Source: the human T2T-CHM13v2.0 reference genome, Homo sapiens | Assembly: GCF_009914755.1 (NCBI RefSeq) | Contig: NC_060944.1 | DNA: 64,000 nucleotides | Reading direction: 5' to 3' (one strand) | Shown here: piece after piece, positions 1 through 14,658 of the stretch | Layout of the letters: each line of letters begins with the position of its first letter | Position numbering within the stretch: position 1 is the stretch's first letter | Made by a program: the position numbers and the translations under genes | Notes under the pieces: generated by a model | Seen by the model: the letters and a program-made list of their open reading frames with translations, nothing else | The model's database searches: none | Told to the model about the DNA's origin: nothing

Positions 1-197
1 GGCCATCTTTGGTTATCAAATGGAATTTGATGATCCAAAATGTATTTACCACATTTGTTGGATCTACTTATGAATCTTTGGAAAAACTAATTGTAGTAAA
101 ATGGGAAAAGGCTGGGACTTGTCATCTGGGTGAACCTGAACACGGTAAAACCTCCCTGTAGAAAACCTAATTTTTGTAATCTGTAAAATGGAATTGA

Positions 198-1275
198 AAT
201 TATATATATATTTAAATATATAAATTATATATAATTATTATTATATAATTAATATTATATAATTATATATAATATAAATTATAAATAAATTATAAATATA
301 TAAATGTATAAATTATAAATTATATATAATAATTATATATTTATTATATATAATTTATATAAATACAAATATATAATATATATAATTTAGGTAAATATAC
401 ATATAATATATTTATATTTATATAAAATTATAAATAAATTATAAATATATAAATATATAAATATATAAATATATAAATTATAAATTTTAAATATATAAAT
501 TATAAATATATAAATATATAAATAAATTTTATATAACATAAATTATAAATATATAAATATATAAATAAATTTTATATAATATAAATTATAAATATATTAT
601 ATATAATTTATATTATATGTAATTAAATATATTATATATAATTTATATTATATGTAATTAAATATATTATATAATTATTTAATTATATATTATATATAAT
701 TTATATTTTATATAATTAAATATATTATATATTTAATTATATAAGTATATTATATATAATTTATATTTTATATAATTAAATATATTAAATATATTATATA
801 TTTATATTTATATTATATATTATATATTTATATTATATATAATTTATATAATATAATTTATAATGTTTATTATATAAAATTTATTTATATATAATAAATA
901 TATTATATACAATTTATATTTTATATATTATATATAATTTATATTATATATAATTAAATATATTAAATATTTAATGTATTAAATATATTAAATATAATTT
1001 ATATTATATATAACTTATATATTATAATTTATAAATTATATTATATGTACTTTATATAATTTATATAATATAATATATAATTTATATAATATATCATTTA
1101 CATAATATAATTTATATAATATATAATTTTTATTATATATAATTTATATAATATAATATAATTTTTATTATATATAGTTTATATAATATAATATAATTTT
1201 TATTATATATAATTTATATAACATATACTATATAATTTTTATTATATATATGCTGTATATAACTATAGTTATAAT
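198..1275. repeat. Long TA-rich low-complexity tract / degenerate minisatellite
   Basis: About 1.07 kb of almost only A/T, built from recurring units such as TATATAATTTATATTATAT and ATATAAATTATAAAT. Confidence 0.95.
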
Positions 1276-2100
1276 TTCCATCAGTTTTGCCCTTCTCTTC
1301 TTCTCCATGTTTAATGTTCCATGGTCTACACACCTCATTGCCCTCCACACAAGTTAGTGTTATCGTATATTGCGATATGTCTGCCATCAAGTGTGTATTC
1401 ATGATATATCCAAGGTAGAAGGCATGTTTTTCTTTTTCCAGGCCTGTGTGGCCAAGAAGCATTTCTGAATCATGTGAATTCATTCTGCAACCTCATCTAC
1501 CAGTGTTCACCCTTCCCCCACTACTGCCCTGAAATTTCACCATTTTAAGTTTATTGCTTTTTGTCTTGTAGTTTCTAACTCTGCGACCAGCGCTCCCCCA
1601 CCCCCAGCCCTGCAACTGCAATGCATTATGATTTCTTTTAAATTTGTTTCAATGCCTGAGCTTGGGGCCCCAAAACTATAGACTGGACTCTTACAGAGCT
1701 GAAGGAGAGAGGGGGAAGCGAAGGAGTTCATCTGGGATAAATAAAAGAAAGGAATGTCAGGGAAGGAGAAGGACCCACAATCACTATCTCACAGATTTAC
1801 GTGGATGTTTTACAATGAGATTAACCATATTTAGAATCCTAGACATTTTATTTTTGCAATCAGTTTTTCTGAAAAGAAAGAATTCTTACTGTTTAGCTGA
1901 AATACAGCTTTTAGCTGTTTTTTTTTTTTGTAATTCAGTAACTTATGTGACGTTTTTATTGATTTCCATTATCTCTCATTGTTTTTAACCTAGTACTAAA
2001 TGGAAAACCTAGGCTAGCATTTATTTGTACAACTTAGTGCATGGTTTAAGGAAAAAGGGGAAAAAAGCCTTGTTTACTTGCCCTATAACCTAGTGCTTAC

Positions 2101-2216
2101 CTCTGAGGTTTATTTAACATGGCAGGTGGTGACGAACTGCAGCTTATGACATCTCTTGCAATGTAATTCACCACTCAATGACGAATGCTTCTGACAAATG
2201 GAAACCTGGTATTATT
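2101..2216 (-). other. Candidate 116-nt spliced exon (non-coding or 5' UTR/start exon)
   Basis: Minus strand: acceptor TCTTTTTCTGTTTTAG| and donor GAG|GTAAGC, in unique sequence; no frame is open across the whole exon. Confidence 0.35.
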
Positions 2217-3421
2217 CTAAAACAGAAAAAAGATCAATATCATTTGGATATGGGATAGTAAAAATGGCTTCTCTAAACACGTGAAATAAATTAGCCCTTT
2301 AAGGTGAGACCATATTATAAGTGGCAAAGATAAAATAGAGTGGAATTTTTGTTTTCCTTAGAATTTTTTTCTTGTCAGTTGTCAGAGTAAATTAATACTC
2401 TTAGAAGCAGTCCTATTACCATGCCACCCTGTGCTGTTGTTTTTTTAGTAGTTTGCATTGTTAGTGCTAATTAAAAAACTATCTTGGAAGTTAATTGGGG
2501 GTGATACTAGTTAGTTGTGACTGAGGACATAACCATGTTAATTATCGATTGTAGGTCAGACAAAGGGCTAGGCTTTTCTACCTCTTGAATCTTAACTAAG
2601 GTCATGAGTAAGTTGTTTTTAAATCATAAAATTTTAGTGTTAGACAATTGCTAGAGGACAAGCGTAACTTCACATTTAATTAGGGGGCAGTTGGAGATGT
2701 TAGTGGTGTGTTGTTGGGCAGTTGCCACACGCTTCTGATGATGTAGTAAATCAGCAGTGAAATTAGGTGAGACTCACTACATGAATACACGTTTATGTAA
2801 CAGTTTTTCTCAGACTTCGGTCACATGCCACCTTCAAGATATTTCCTGCCTGCACCATTACTTATTTGATATTTTCCTCTAAGCTAATTACAGTGTTACT
2901 TTATTTGTACTTATCTTTGACAATAAGCAATAATACTCATAAATTCAGAGACTGATTTTTTAAAATTATACATTAAAAACACATTATCAATGATTTTTTT
3001 TAGTATATGTGCTGCTGAAGTGAGCACACAATTTTTTTTTAATTTAGCTTTTTTAATGTAAAAAAGAACTTGGACCACTTTTAAATACCTCACATTTTAG
3101 GATACATTTATATGATCTATATATATGCCATTCATTTTCATAATTTCTTAGTTTTTTTTGTAGTTTTAGAAACATTGATTTTCCCCACATTTGTGGAAAT
3201 TGGAACTGTGTTTATGTATATGTAATACTGAAAAGGAGACGAAAAGAAAACACGTTTCACAGAGTTACTTCTTGGTCTGTTCTGGAATTATAATAGCGAG
3301 TACTAATAAGAACAGGCACACTTTGGGACATTGTATGGAAGAGGCTTCTAGTGGCAAAGTGATGAGAGGCAGAGCTGGGAGCAGGACCAGTTCACCAGCC
3401 ACAGCCCATTCCAGAGAGTCA

Positions 3422-3594
3422 TAGATGGCAAAATAGCAGCTCTAATCGATTGGTAATGGCTGATGGCTATTTCTGTTGAGAACTCTGAGGCTTAGTCTGG
3501 GCTCAGCAGGGAGGAGTGCAGTGCTGATAGTGATGTCTGACCCAGGCTGGAAATAGGCAGGAATAGCGAGAATGCCAGGGATTTGCCATGTCTC
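3422..3594. mobile_element. Ancient hAT-Charlie MITE (Charlie4z/MER-like)
   Basis: Ends AGATGGCAAA...TTTGCCATGTCT form inverted repeats; internal ATCGATTGGTAATGGCTG...TCTGAGGC...GGGCTCAGC resembles the recalled consensus. Confidence 0.55.
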
Positions 3595-3856
3595 TACTGT
3601 GGGACAGAACCAGTGTGTAGCACTTCTCTGGGTATCGTTTTACATAGAAATAAATGTATTTTAAATTGTTTTGTTTTTGGAGCATTGGATTTGTCATCTA
3701 CTTAATATCTCCATCCTTGTTATTTTTTACTTTGGTGTGTAATTTTATTGTACTATGCATCTAATATCAATCATCATAAAAGTTTTATTTTTCAATTACT
3801 TTTTTATAATAGAAGTTATATTGGCTCATCCTTTGCTTTTCTCTGACCATATTCTA

Positions 3857-3897
3857 TTAGGTTGGTGCAAAAATAATTGCGGTTTTTGCCAACCTAA
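3857..3897. mobile_element. MADE1 (Hsmar1 MITE), internally deleted
   Basis: TTAGGTTGGTGCAAAAATAATTGCGGTTTTTGCCAACCTAA flanked by TA target duplications. Confidence 0.9.
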
Positions 3898-4642
3898 TAA
3901 TATCCACTCTTGTCTAGTGCTATTTGCAAGGCTTATCCAGCCTCAAACTGAATTCCACAAAGTGGTTTTGGACTAACTAGACCTCTCTGGAGTCTCTTGT
4001 TGAAGTTGAAGTTGAATTCACTCACTTATATTTGTCTGTTTCTAATGTGTATGTATTACCTTCTGTATTTCCACACTCACATCAGTCAGAATGCAAAGGA
4101 TGCAACAAATTTATGTGGTATTAATCAGTATTTTTCTATAAATGACATCAGAAATGTAAGCGGATGGTTTATAAATAACTAGGACTATCTTTTAAGAGTG
4201 GGAGCTTCTTGACATTGGCTCAGGACAATTTCCAGAAAGGTCCAGATTTTCAAACATACAAATAAGAATGTTTCCTTTCCGTTCAGATTTCTTCTTCTTG
4301 TCCTGCTTCCAGAGATAGATGAGAAGACAAAGGGTTGAACTGGCAGATTCTACTCTAGTTTAAATGGGGGCACCAAGATTTGCATTTTTAAAACAAGTCC
4401 TGGCACTCCCATCCAGGCTTATTCCTGTCCAAGGGCCAAGGTTGTTTTCTTTGGCACTGCATTCACCCTTAGAGCTTCTGGAAGATCCGCTGATTAGCCC
4501 GGTTCTACTCTTGCATGTTCCCCATGTCCAGATTCTATCCCTCAGGTACCCCAAATCAGTATGTAACCTATTCCTAATCAGAAATCTCAAGCTTTGCCCT
4601 GTAGGCCATTTCTCCTGATTTTTCCATGCTCATTCTAAACAG

Positions 4643-4826
4643 CAGTAGTTCTCACATTTAAGCATGCATCAGAGTCACCTATAGGGCTTGTTAAAACACA
4701 GATAACTGGGCCCCACCCTTAGATTTCAGATCAGGTAGGCTTGGGGTGGGGCTTGAAAATTTGCATTTCTAACACACTCCCAGGTTGTTGATGCTGCTAG
4801 TCTGGGGACCATACCTAAGAACACTG
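4643..4826. mobile_element. MER5A (hAT-Charlie)
   Basis: CAGTAGTTCTCA...GCATCAGAGTCACC...GGGCTTGTTAAAACACAGA...AATTTGCATTTCTAACA...AGAACACTG. Confidence 0.88.
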
Positions 4827-4970
4827 CAAAATGTTTCTTTTCTTCATTTCAAGCCCCACCAAACTGAGACTGATTATGTAGGTGTTGGCCTAGTTGCCCT
4901 CTAAATGATCTTTATTTATCTAAATAGCTGCTTGCAACATGTAAAAATTCAAAAGGTGAAAAGTATATAA

Positions 4971-5322
<352 letters not shown>

Positions 5323-5484
5323 TGTCCCTGAATTCTTCCCACCATTCCTGCCAGCTCCTCTTTCCCATCCAGTCCTCTGTCCCACTACCTTTATTTCTTC
5401 TTTTTCCCTCCCTCCCCAAATACAAGCAAACCAACCAACAAAAACCCAGAACACACATAGGCTGGAACACAAGGGGATAACATG

Positions 5485-5590
5485 CCTTGAATTGCAATGC
5501 CATAAAGATGTACAACTCTAGGGACGGGATGGCGTCCACACAGAAGCAATGTGAACAATGCCCCCTGGAGTTGTACAACGTGGGGCCTTG
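5485..5590. mobile_element. MER91-like palindromic hAT remnant
   Basis: TGTACAACTCTAGGG...TGTGAACAATGCCCCCTGGAGTTGTACA inverted-repeat core. Confidence 0.6.
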
Positions 5591-7149
5591 TTGAGCAGTA
5601 CTGTTTCGCAACACATAGTAGCAAGAATCCTCTTTGTAAGCCCTATTCCATCTGCCTGGTTGGTTTTGGCAGGATGGCTGACTAACCCACTAGTGGGAAT
5701 CCACAGCTAGGATAGACCCTCCAGCTCTTTGGCTGGCTTCTAAAAGGCCACGACTTTAGAAAACCCATCTGTAATACCTGATTTACCACAAGAGGTAGCC
5801 TTAGGCCTAGATCAGTCTAGACACTTGTCAGCAGCCCCACCTTCAGTGAGAAGGACTCAGAAAACACTGTCTCATTGGTTTACTCATGGGGAATCTTCCT
5901 GGTCCCACCCAAGGAAATGCCTCCTGTACAAATTCTCTTCCCAAAGAGACTAACAGCAAGAGAATCCCAGAAGGGGTCAAAACTCAAGGGGTCATATTCC
6001 TGATTCCTTATATTCCTGATTCAGTTTAAATCAACCCCTCAATTTACACATCAATCTGTCTAATCCCTCTACAGCCCTTTGGCTCTTCTCCACACCCTTG
6101 GCTGGGAAACTTTCTTCTTCCCTCCTCAGCCAGTTCACACCCTTCATTATTCAGCACATGTTGAAATGAGCATCATCGGAGCTACCACTCCCTGGATGCT
6201 TCGTCATATCACTGGGAGAGAAGGTGGAGAATGTTCCCCCAGCAGAAAGCTCCCACACCATCCTGTGTGCAGACTTCCCAGGGGGAGGTCTGTGCTGTAT
6301 ATCTTGTTTTGAAATGTAATGACTTAGTATTTTCCACTGAATTCCCTTGCCTGGTCAGCTTCCACAGCATATCTGTGCTATAGACAATAATGAAAAGAGG
6401 GTTTTCGTATGTTTTTTCTTTTATTATATGGAGGATTAATATGCTGCAATGCATCTACCATATTGTGTGCCTTTTTCACAAACATTTTTATTAGAAAGAT
6501 CAATTCTCAGCCTAGATCCAACTATGATACTTTTAAAATCCTGTCATTATCTCCCCTCTGCTAACGAATTCAGGGGAAGAACAGGTTTCTGGTTTCTCAT
6601 TATTTCTAGGGGTAGAATTCCACATCAAATATAGAAAAGCATCTTATACATGGAACTTTTTTTTTTCCTTTGGAAGGGGGGCTTCTTCTGTGACACTATC
6701 CACACACTTTTTTAGTGACTTCTTTTTCATCAATTAATTCAGATTGTCTGAAGACTAGAAATTGGGGCTTTGGCAAGGGTGAACAGCGATTAAAATATAT
6801 ATCTCCGCTCACATTTCTGCCCACATGGTTCTTTTTCTGAGAGAGTGGTTAGGAACAGTGCTAGTCTTGCTAAAACTGCTGAGTTTCATTTCACACTAAT
6901 AACACCTGGCATCTTTATGTGCTAAGGATAAATTAAGCACTCAGTGAACACAGGGTAGACATGGGTTTTGCTATGATGTAGCTTATTCTGCACTCATTAT
7001 ATAGAGAGAGAAATCTGTGTTGTGAAAATGTGTGTGTAGGCATGTATGCAACATTGCAAAAAATATTAATAGCTCTGGCCATTTTGCTGATTTTAGATAA
7101 AGGTAGCACTATCATATATTCCGATTAGTTATTAATAGAAATACTGAGA

Positions 7150-7340
7150 ATATTAGAGGTGAAATGGCCCTTAAAAATCATGTAGTCCAAAAATCTCATT
7201 TTACAGACTGAAGAAATTGAGAACCAGGGTGATTATTTTCAGGAATTATAGAATATATTCTGTGAATTTAGGCAGAATCAAAATAGAACTCAAAGATTTA
7301 ATACCCATTCCAGGGCACTTTCTACCATACCACGCTGTTC
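7150..7340 (-). mobile_element. MIR
   Basis: Core CTCATTTTACAGACTGAAGAAATTGAG and 5' end CTACCATACCACGCTG. Confidence 0.75.
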
Positions 7341-7410
7341 CTCAAATAATAAATAAATTATTCAAATACACGAACATTATGTCATTTTTACAGAATTCTA
7401 AGTTGTGTGT

Positions 7411-7609
7411 TTTTTGGGTTGTTGTTTTGTTTTGTTTTTGAGACAGGGTTTTGCTCTGCCACCAAGGCTGGAGTGCAGTGGCGCAATCACAGCTCACTGC
7501 AGCCTAGACCTCCTGGGCTCAAACGATATCGCCCACGGCCCCTCAACTCCCCATCCCACTTCGGCCTCCCAAAGTGCAAGGATTACAGGTGTGAGTCACT
7601 GCGCCAGCC
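7411..7609 (-). mobile_element. FRAM/AluJ monomer with an approx. 30-bp internal insertion
   Basis: GAGACAGGG...GGCTGGAGTGCAGTGGCGCAATCACAGCTCACTGCAGCC; degenerate TSD TAAGTT..GTGTTT. Confidence 0.85.
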
Positions 7610-7654
7610 TAAGTTAGGTGTTTAAATGATTCTAAGACACACATTCTTTCACAT

Positions 7655-8190
<536 letters not shown>

Positions 8191-8199
8191 CAATTTGAC

Positions 8200-8404
8200 A
8201 TTTTTTTCTAGAGAGAGAATCTCACGCTGTCACCCAGGCTGGAGTACATTGGCTCAATCATAGCTCACTGCATCCTTGACCTCCTGGGCTCAAGTGATCC
8301 TCCCATCTCAGCCTCTCAAGTACACACACATATATATAGTATTTATATATATATATAGTATTTATATATAGTTATGTTTGTTTTGTTTCTGAGACAGAAT
8401 TTTG

Positions 8405-8436
<32 letters not shown>

Positions 8437-8705
8437 TTCTCTCTGTCTCTATATATATGTGTATGAAAAGTTACGCTATAACAAGTGTGGAAATACCAAG
8501 CAAATAAAAGTCTGTAAAAAGAATACCTCCTCTTCCTCTTTTCTTCCTCCTCCTCTTCTTCCTTTTCTTCATTACTTCTTCCTTCTTATCTTTCTTATTC
8601 TCTTCTTTTTTTTCTTTTTATTCTAACCTTTCTTTCTTCTTTTCCTTTTCCTCCTCTCCCTCCTCACCAATGCTCTTTCTCTCGTCTGTCCACTTTCCTC
8701 TCTCC
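8200..8705. repeat. AluJ fragment followed by (TA)n, (CT)n and a CT-rich polypyrimidine tract
   Basis: Alu arm at approx. 8200-8320; simple repeats 8322-8460; pyrimidine-rich 8527-8705. Confidence 0.85.
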
Positions 8706-10184
8706 ATATTTCACCTACTAAAATAGTATTTATTTGGTCCACATTCCCGTAAAATTGCTGTTGTTTGGGGAAAAAAAACTCTAAGGAAACTCAGAAAGCT
8801 GTGTTACCCAAATCATTTACAATTTGAGTTGGTTGGAGAATATGCCATGGAGAAAGCCTGTTCGGAGATGATTAGCATGCCAGTCCAATGTCTTTTCCTA
8901 CTTAAATTTTTAAGATAGTTTAGGACTCCGATAACTATTATGTCTTAGCTAGTGGTTATTCAGAAATAAAATAAAAAAACTGTACCATACTTTTTTTCAC
9001 CAAGTAGAATTAGCTCAGAGCACAGTGCATTGGGTGTCTGGGCTTCTGGTAGGTGAGGCTGGGATGTGCAGGTAGAGATTATTGAGTACCGTAGTAGTAC
9101 AGCAGCATCCAAGTTTAAATTTGAGGGTGGGTGTCAGCTTAGAAAATCTGAGTGCTTGCAAGGGCTGAGAATTTCTCCAGCCTTTCCTGCAGCTGTCAGA
9201 AGTGCCCTGTTTTGCCCTTCCCTCACACCTCCTCCCAATAATTCTATTACTCAGGGGAAGGAGACCTGGGAGGGTGAAATGACTCATTATTCTATTAGAC
9301 AATGGGACGCTTGGGTTTTGACTAAGGCTGCTCAGACTGCCAGAGTCCCGACCTCCATGGCAATCCAGAGGCACAGGAAATCTGAGATTTAAAGTTGTGA
9401 ACTCAGTATTGACATGAAAAATGCCACTTGTGTTGTGCTGAAACAGGTATGCTGATTATGTAACAGCTTCCAACACATTCCCTGCCGGTGGTGGGTTTTG
9501 ATTGACATTTTATGAGCCTTATTACTCTTGAAAACAATACTGAAAATGCCATGACAAGCTCAGGATGGAAATATGAACACACGATCCTCTTCCTGCTGAA
9601 CTAGAAAATAGCTTTTCGAAATTCTTGGAAGAAAGTGGAAAGTTCTTCATGTAGATTCATAATGATCAATCTCTTTTTGTTTCTTGGGAGGAGAAGGATC
9701 CTCAAATCTTATAGCAATTTAGCATGGTCTAGTCCCCAGAACTTTTCTTTGGGCTTCTTACAACTTACAAATAAATGTTGACTTCTAAAGTAGAGAGGGA
9801 AATGCATAGGATATCAATGGCTTGATAAATATTTACAGCAATAAATTACAGTTTTTTGCATTCATAGTAATTCCTTGGTAGAGGGAGTTTATTGTTTAAA
9901 CAATATAGAGATGGAAATGCAGCAGAAATTCAGATTTTTTTCTGTGTTTTTTTTTCTTCTCTGTATAAGGTGATTTTTTTTCTTCTCTGTATAACAAATT
10001 TTCAAAGTAGAATGGAGGTTCAAGAATGTCAATGAAATATAAATGGTATGGTGCATTTGCTTTCATTGAATTGTTGGCTCTCCTTAAGTATATTAGGATA
10101 GCAAACTCTCTGAATTAGGATTTCAACCTCTTCGATTTCCTTCTGATTTTGTGTAACTAAAATATATAAATGAGACTGCACACA

Positions 10185-10496
10185 GGCCGGGCGCGGTGGC
10201 TCACGCCTGTAATCCCAGCACTTTGGGAGGCCGAGGAGGGCAGATCACGAGGTCAGGAGATCGAGACCATCCTGGCTAACACGGTGAAACCCCGTCTCTA
10301 CTAAAAATACAAAAAAATTAGCCGGGCGTGGTGGCGGGCACCTGTAGTCCTAGCTACTCAGGAGGCTGAGGCAGAAGAATGGCGTGAATCTGGGAGGTGG
10401 AGCTTGCAGTGAGCCGAGATCGCGCCACTGCACTTCAGCCTGGGCGACAGAGCAAGACTCCATCTCAAAAAAATAAAAAAAATAAAAAAAAAATAA
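10185..10496 (+). mobile_element. AluY
   Basis: Diagnostics GATCACGAGGTCAGGAGATCGAGACCATCCTGGCTAACACGG and GGAGCTTGCAG; TSD approx. GAGACTGCAC(A/G)CA. Confidence 0.97.
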
Positions 10497-11293
10497 AGAG
10501 AGACTGCACGCACACTAGCATCCCTGGATTCCAAATACCTATCTGCTTTGTTATAAAATTAATAGTAATAATAGCAGCAACAATGGAAATAGTAGCTAGA
10601 TTTATTGAGTTCATATTGTTTTTAACTTGTGAACCCAAGCAGTCCCATAGCCACTGTGCTATACTTTAGTGTTATTTTTAAAAATCACGCTCAACTAAAA
10701 ATGGGAAGCCCAGGCAGCTGGTTTGGTGTCACTTCTCTGCTAAGATGAATGCCCTCTGCACCCTCAAGTGGTGAAGCAGGTATAGGCGGAATACATACAG
10801 AATGAAAAACTGTATTTGTGAAACACTTTGAAGGAAAGGTGTTGTGAAAATTGTGTTTTGTTAAGTATTGAGGGATATGGAATTAGAAATAATAGTACAG
10901 TTGAGACAGAAAGATCATTTTTCTGAAGCACATGTTTAGTGTCGGCAAAGGTTAAGCTGTTTTTGATGAACCTGTTTTCATGTGAAAATTACTATAAATG
11001 GTCAGCAGATACTTGCTTTTAAGGAGCCTACTTCTGATTGGTCAGCCAGATAAGCGTGTATGTGGTGATTGTTAAGAAGCAGCTGGTGTCAGTTTAAAAG
11101 AATGATGTTCTATCCTCTTCCGTCTTGACCAGTCTGAGAACAGTAACATCAATATTTGAAGTTATATATTCAATATTCATTACAATATTCTGAAACTAGT
11201 TGTTCATGGAAATATATCGGTAACTTAACACAATTCCAAATGCCATTTTTTATAGTTATACTTTTTTGCTGTTTCTTAAAATGATATTACTAG

Positions 11294-11661
<368 letters not shown>

Positions 11662-12204
11662 TTAATATATATTTTTATAACTTCATCATAGAGGTGATAA
11701 ATTTTATCCAGTATAAAACAGTGCATTTTAAAAATCTCATTTTGCTTCAACAACATACAGTAACTGGAAGCATGGCTACTGCTATCTTATTTAAACAAGT
11801 ATAAATAACCAAAATCTACAGAGCAAATTATGGTGCAGTTGAAAAATATGACTACTTTTCAGTGGGGTATGTTTATATGAATATTCAAGGAGATGACAAA
11901 TATTTACATTTTTCATTCCTCATTATTAAGAACTTGAGAAAACTAACGAGTATTTATTACTCCTGAAGTGAAAGATAATGAGACAAAATCCTGAAGACAT
12001 TTCTCTTTTGGATAACTGTGGTTTTAAACTCCATAAGCAATAAAGCCACTGTCAATGGAATTATTTTAGATGTTATCTTTTGACGATGGATTATGTTTTT
12101 TCTTGTCTTTTTAATATTAATTTACATTTAGTTATGTCATATAGTAAAGCATGCTAATCTTAAGCATATGTACTTGTGTAACCACCTCCGATGAAGATAT
12201 GGAA

Positions 12205-12470
12205 CATGCCTATAATCCCAGCACTTTGGGAGGCTGAGGCAGGGGGAGCGTTTGAGCCCAGGAGTTTGACACCAGCCTGGACAGCATAGTGAGACTCCAT
12301 TTCTACGAAGAATAAAAAAGTCATTAAAGCATGGTGGTGCATGCCTGTAGACCCAGCTACTCAGGAGGCTGAGGTGAGAGGATTGCTTGAGGCCAGGTTG
12401 TCAAGGGTGCAGTGAGCTGTGATTGTGTCACTGCACTCCAGCCTGGGCAACAGAGCAAGAACCTGTCTTC
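12205..12470 (+). mobile_element. AluJ, 5'-clipped and tail-less
   Basis: TTGAGCCCAGGAGTTTGACACCAGCCTGG and AGGATTGCTTGAG J-type diagnostics. Confidence 0.92.
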
Positions 12471-13069
12471 AGATGCTTCTTCATCACCCTTCTCATTTCA
12501 TCCTCTCTTCCCGTACAAAGCAGCCATTCTTCTGAGCTCTGTCATCATCCATTAGTTTTGCCTGTTCTTGAACTTCATGTAAATAGATTCATACTATATG
12601 TTCTCTTTTGCATCTAGACTCTTGCTCAACAAGACATTTTGAAGTAATCTATGTTGTTGCATATACAAACAATTCATTTTTTACACTACCATGTAGTATG
12701 CCATTGTATGTACAGGCATTTTTTTATCACTGTTGTGCCAATGGGTATTTGAATTTTTCCTATTCATAATTTAACAATTATGTATAAAGCTGCTATGAAC
12801 ATTCTTGAAGCTGTCTTTTCATGAGCAATTACATTCACATTTCTCTGAAATATATACAGGAATTGAATTGTTTAAACAAATAATTTATGGTATGTGTGTA
12901 ATAGTGGATATGTATTGATGGGTGTGTACTGATATTTCAATGTGGTTTTAATTTGCATTTCCTTGAAAAGAATGACATTGAATACTTTTTCATGTTCTTA
13001 TCAGCCATTTGAATCTTTTTTTGTAAATGCTTCAAGTCTTTGCTGATTTTAAAATCAATTTCTTTCTAA

Positions 13070-13357
<288 letters not shown>

Positions 13358-14289
13358 GGTAGTTTTGTTTGTTTGTTTGTTTTTGTTTTTTTTGAATGCT
13401 TTGGATTTGAGTCCATCATCAGATATAGACTGTGAATATTATTTCTCAGTCTGTGTCTTGCCACTTCACTCTCTTAGTGTCAACTTTTGATGAACAGAAA
13501 CTCTACAAATTAGACTTAAATGTAATTTTTTAAATGATTAATGATTGTTTCCTGTTTAAGTAAACTTGCCTATTCCATTTCTTATTTTCTTATTTATCCA
13601 ATTCTCTTCCATGCTAGTGCTTTTGAGTTCTATGTGAGAAGTCTGCCAATTTACTTCATATTTTCTTAAGCAAAATATTTTGAACAAAACTTAGCTTTCC
13701 TAATGACTCAGGGTCCTCATTTTTAATAGTAATTACTACTGTCCAATAAATTTTATATAACCTACCCGATAGTGTTGTTACCAGGATAAGGAAGATATGT
13801 ATGAAAATTCTTGATACATGCAGGCTGTTGTCCTTTTTGTTCTACTCTAATACTTCTTATTCTTATTAAGGGTATAGGACAGTTATTAATATTTTTATGC
13901 TCAGTGGTTTTCGACAACTCTAAATTTTAAGTTATTATATCAAATTCTGGGCTGGACAGGTAAGGTGTTTGCCATACATGATTGCAATTGTGAGGTTTCT
14001 TTGTGTATAAAGTCTTTAAATTTATATGGTAGGTCAAAAAACATATTAGCTGATAATAATACTTACTTTCAAATATCACTTAAAATTTCTCTTCAAAAGC
14101 ATTTTTTTAAATCTCTTTTTAACACCTTGACCCAATGAAGTAAAATAAACAAGATGATACTCCCGTTAAATGTGTGTACAATCATTCAGCTGCTGTGGCA
14201 GAATATACAACAGTTCTCAGCCCTGTGTGGTCCTTTCTCAATTTGTCACTCAATTGATTGTACTCATACATGTGTTAGACCAACATCCT

Positions 14290-14658
14290 CAATACCGTTT
14301 GTTGGTTAGCATCATCTGGGGAGACTGTAAAAGCATAAGAATATTCAGCTACCAACCCAGGGGGTTCTTTAAATTAGTGGGACTGGGGTGGTGTCCAGGC
14401 ATCAGTTGTAAAAAAAAAGAAAAAAAATATTTTATTGTGCAACCTGGACGTGATTCTCCTGTTGGCTTGGGGCAGGGTTATGCAAACTTCAGCATGCATT
14501 AGAATCACCTGAAGGGCTTGTTCAAGCACAGACTGGGGGGCTCCACCCCCAGAGTTTCTGATTCAGTAAGTCTGGATGGACCCAAGAATTTGCAATACTG
14601 GAAAGTTTTCAGATGATGCTGATGCTGCTGGCTGGGGACCACAGTTCGATAACCTCTG
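14290..14658. mobile_element. MER5B-like remnant followed by MER5A (14473-14658)
   Basis: GCATGCATTAGAATCACCTGAAGGGCTTGTT...CCCCAGAGTTTCTGATTCAGTA...GATGCTGATGCTGCTGG. Confidence 0.8.

Noticed and set aside
9940-9993. Short tandem duplications (also approx. 5994-6022, 20402-20426, 35338-35387, 45136-45156)
   Set aside because: Ordinary slippage duplications
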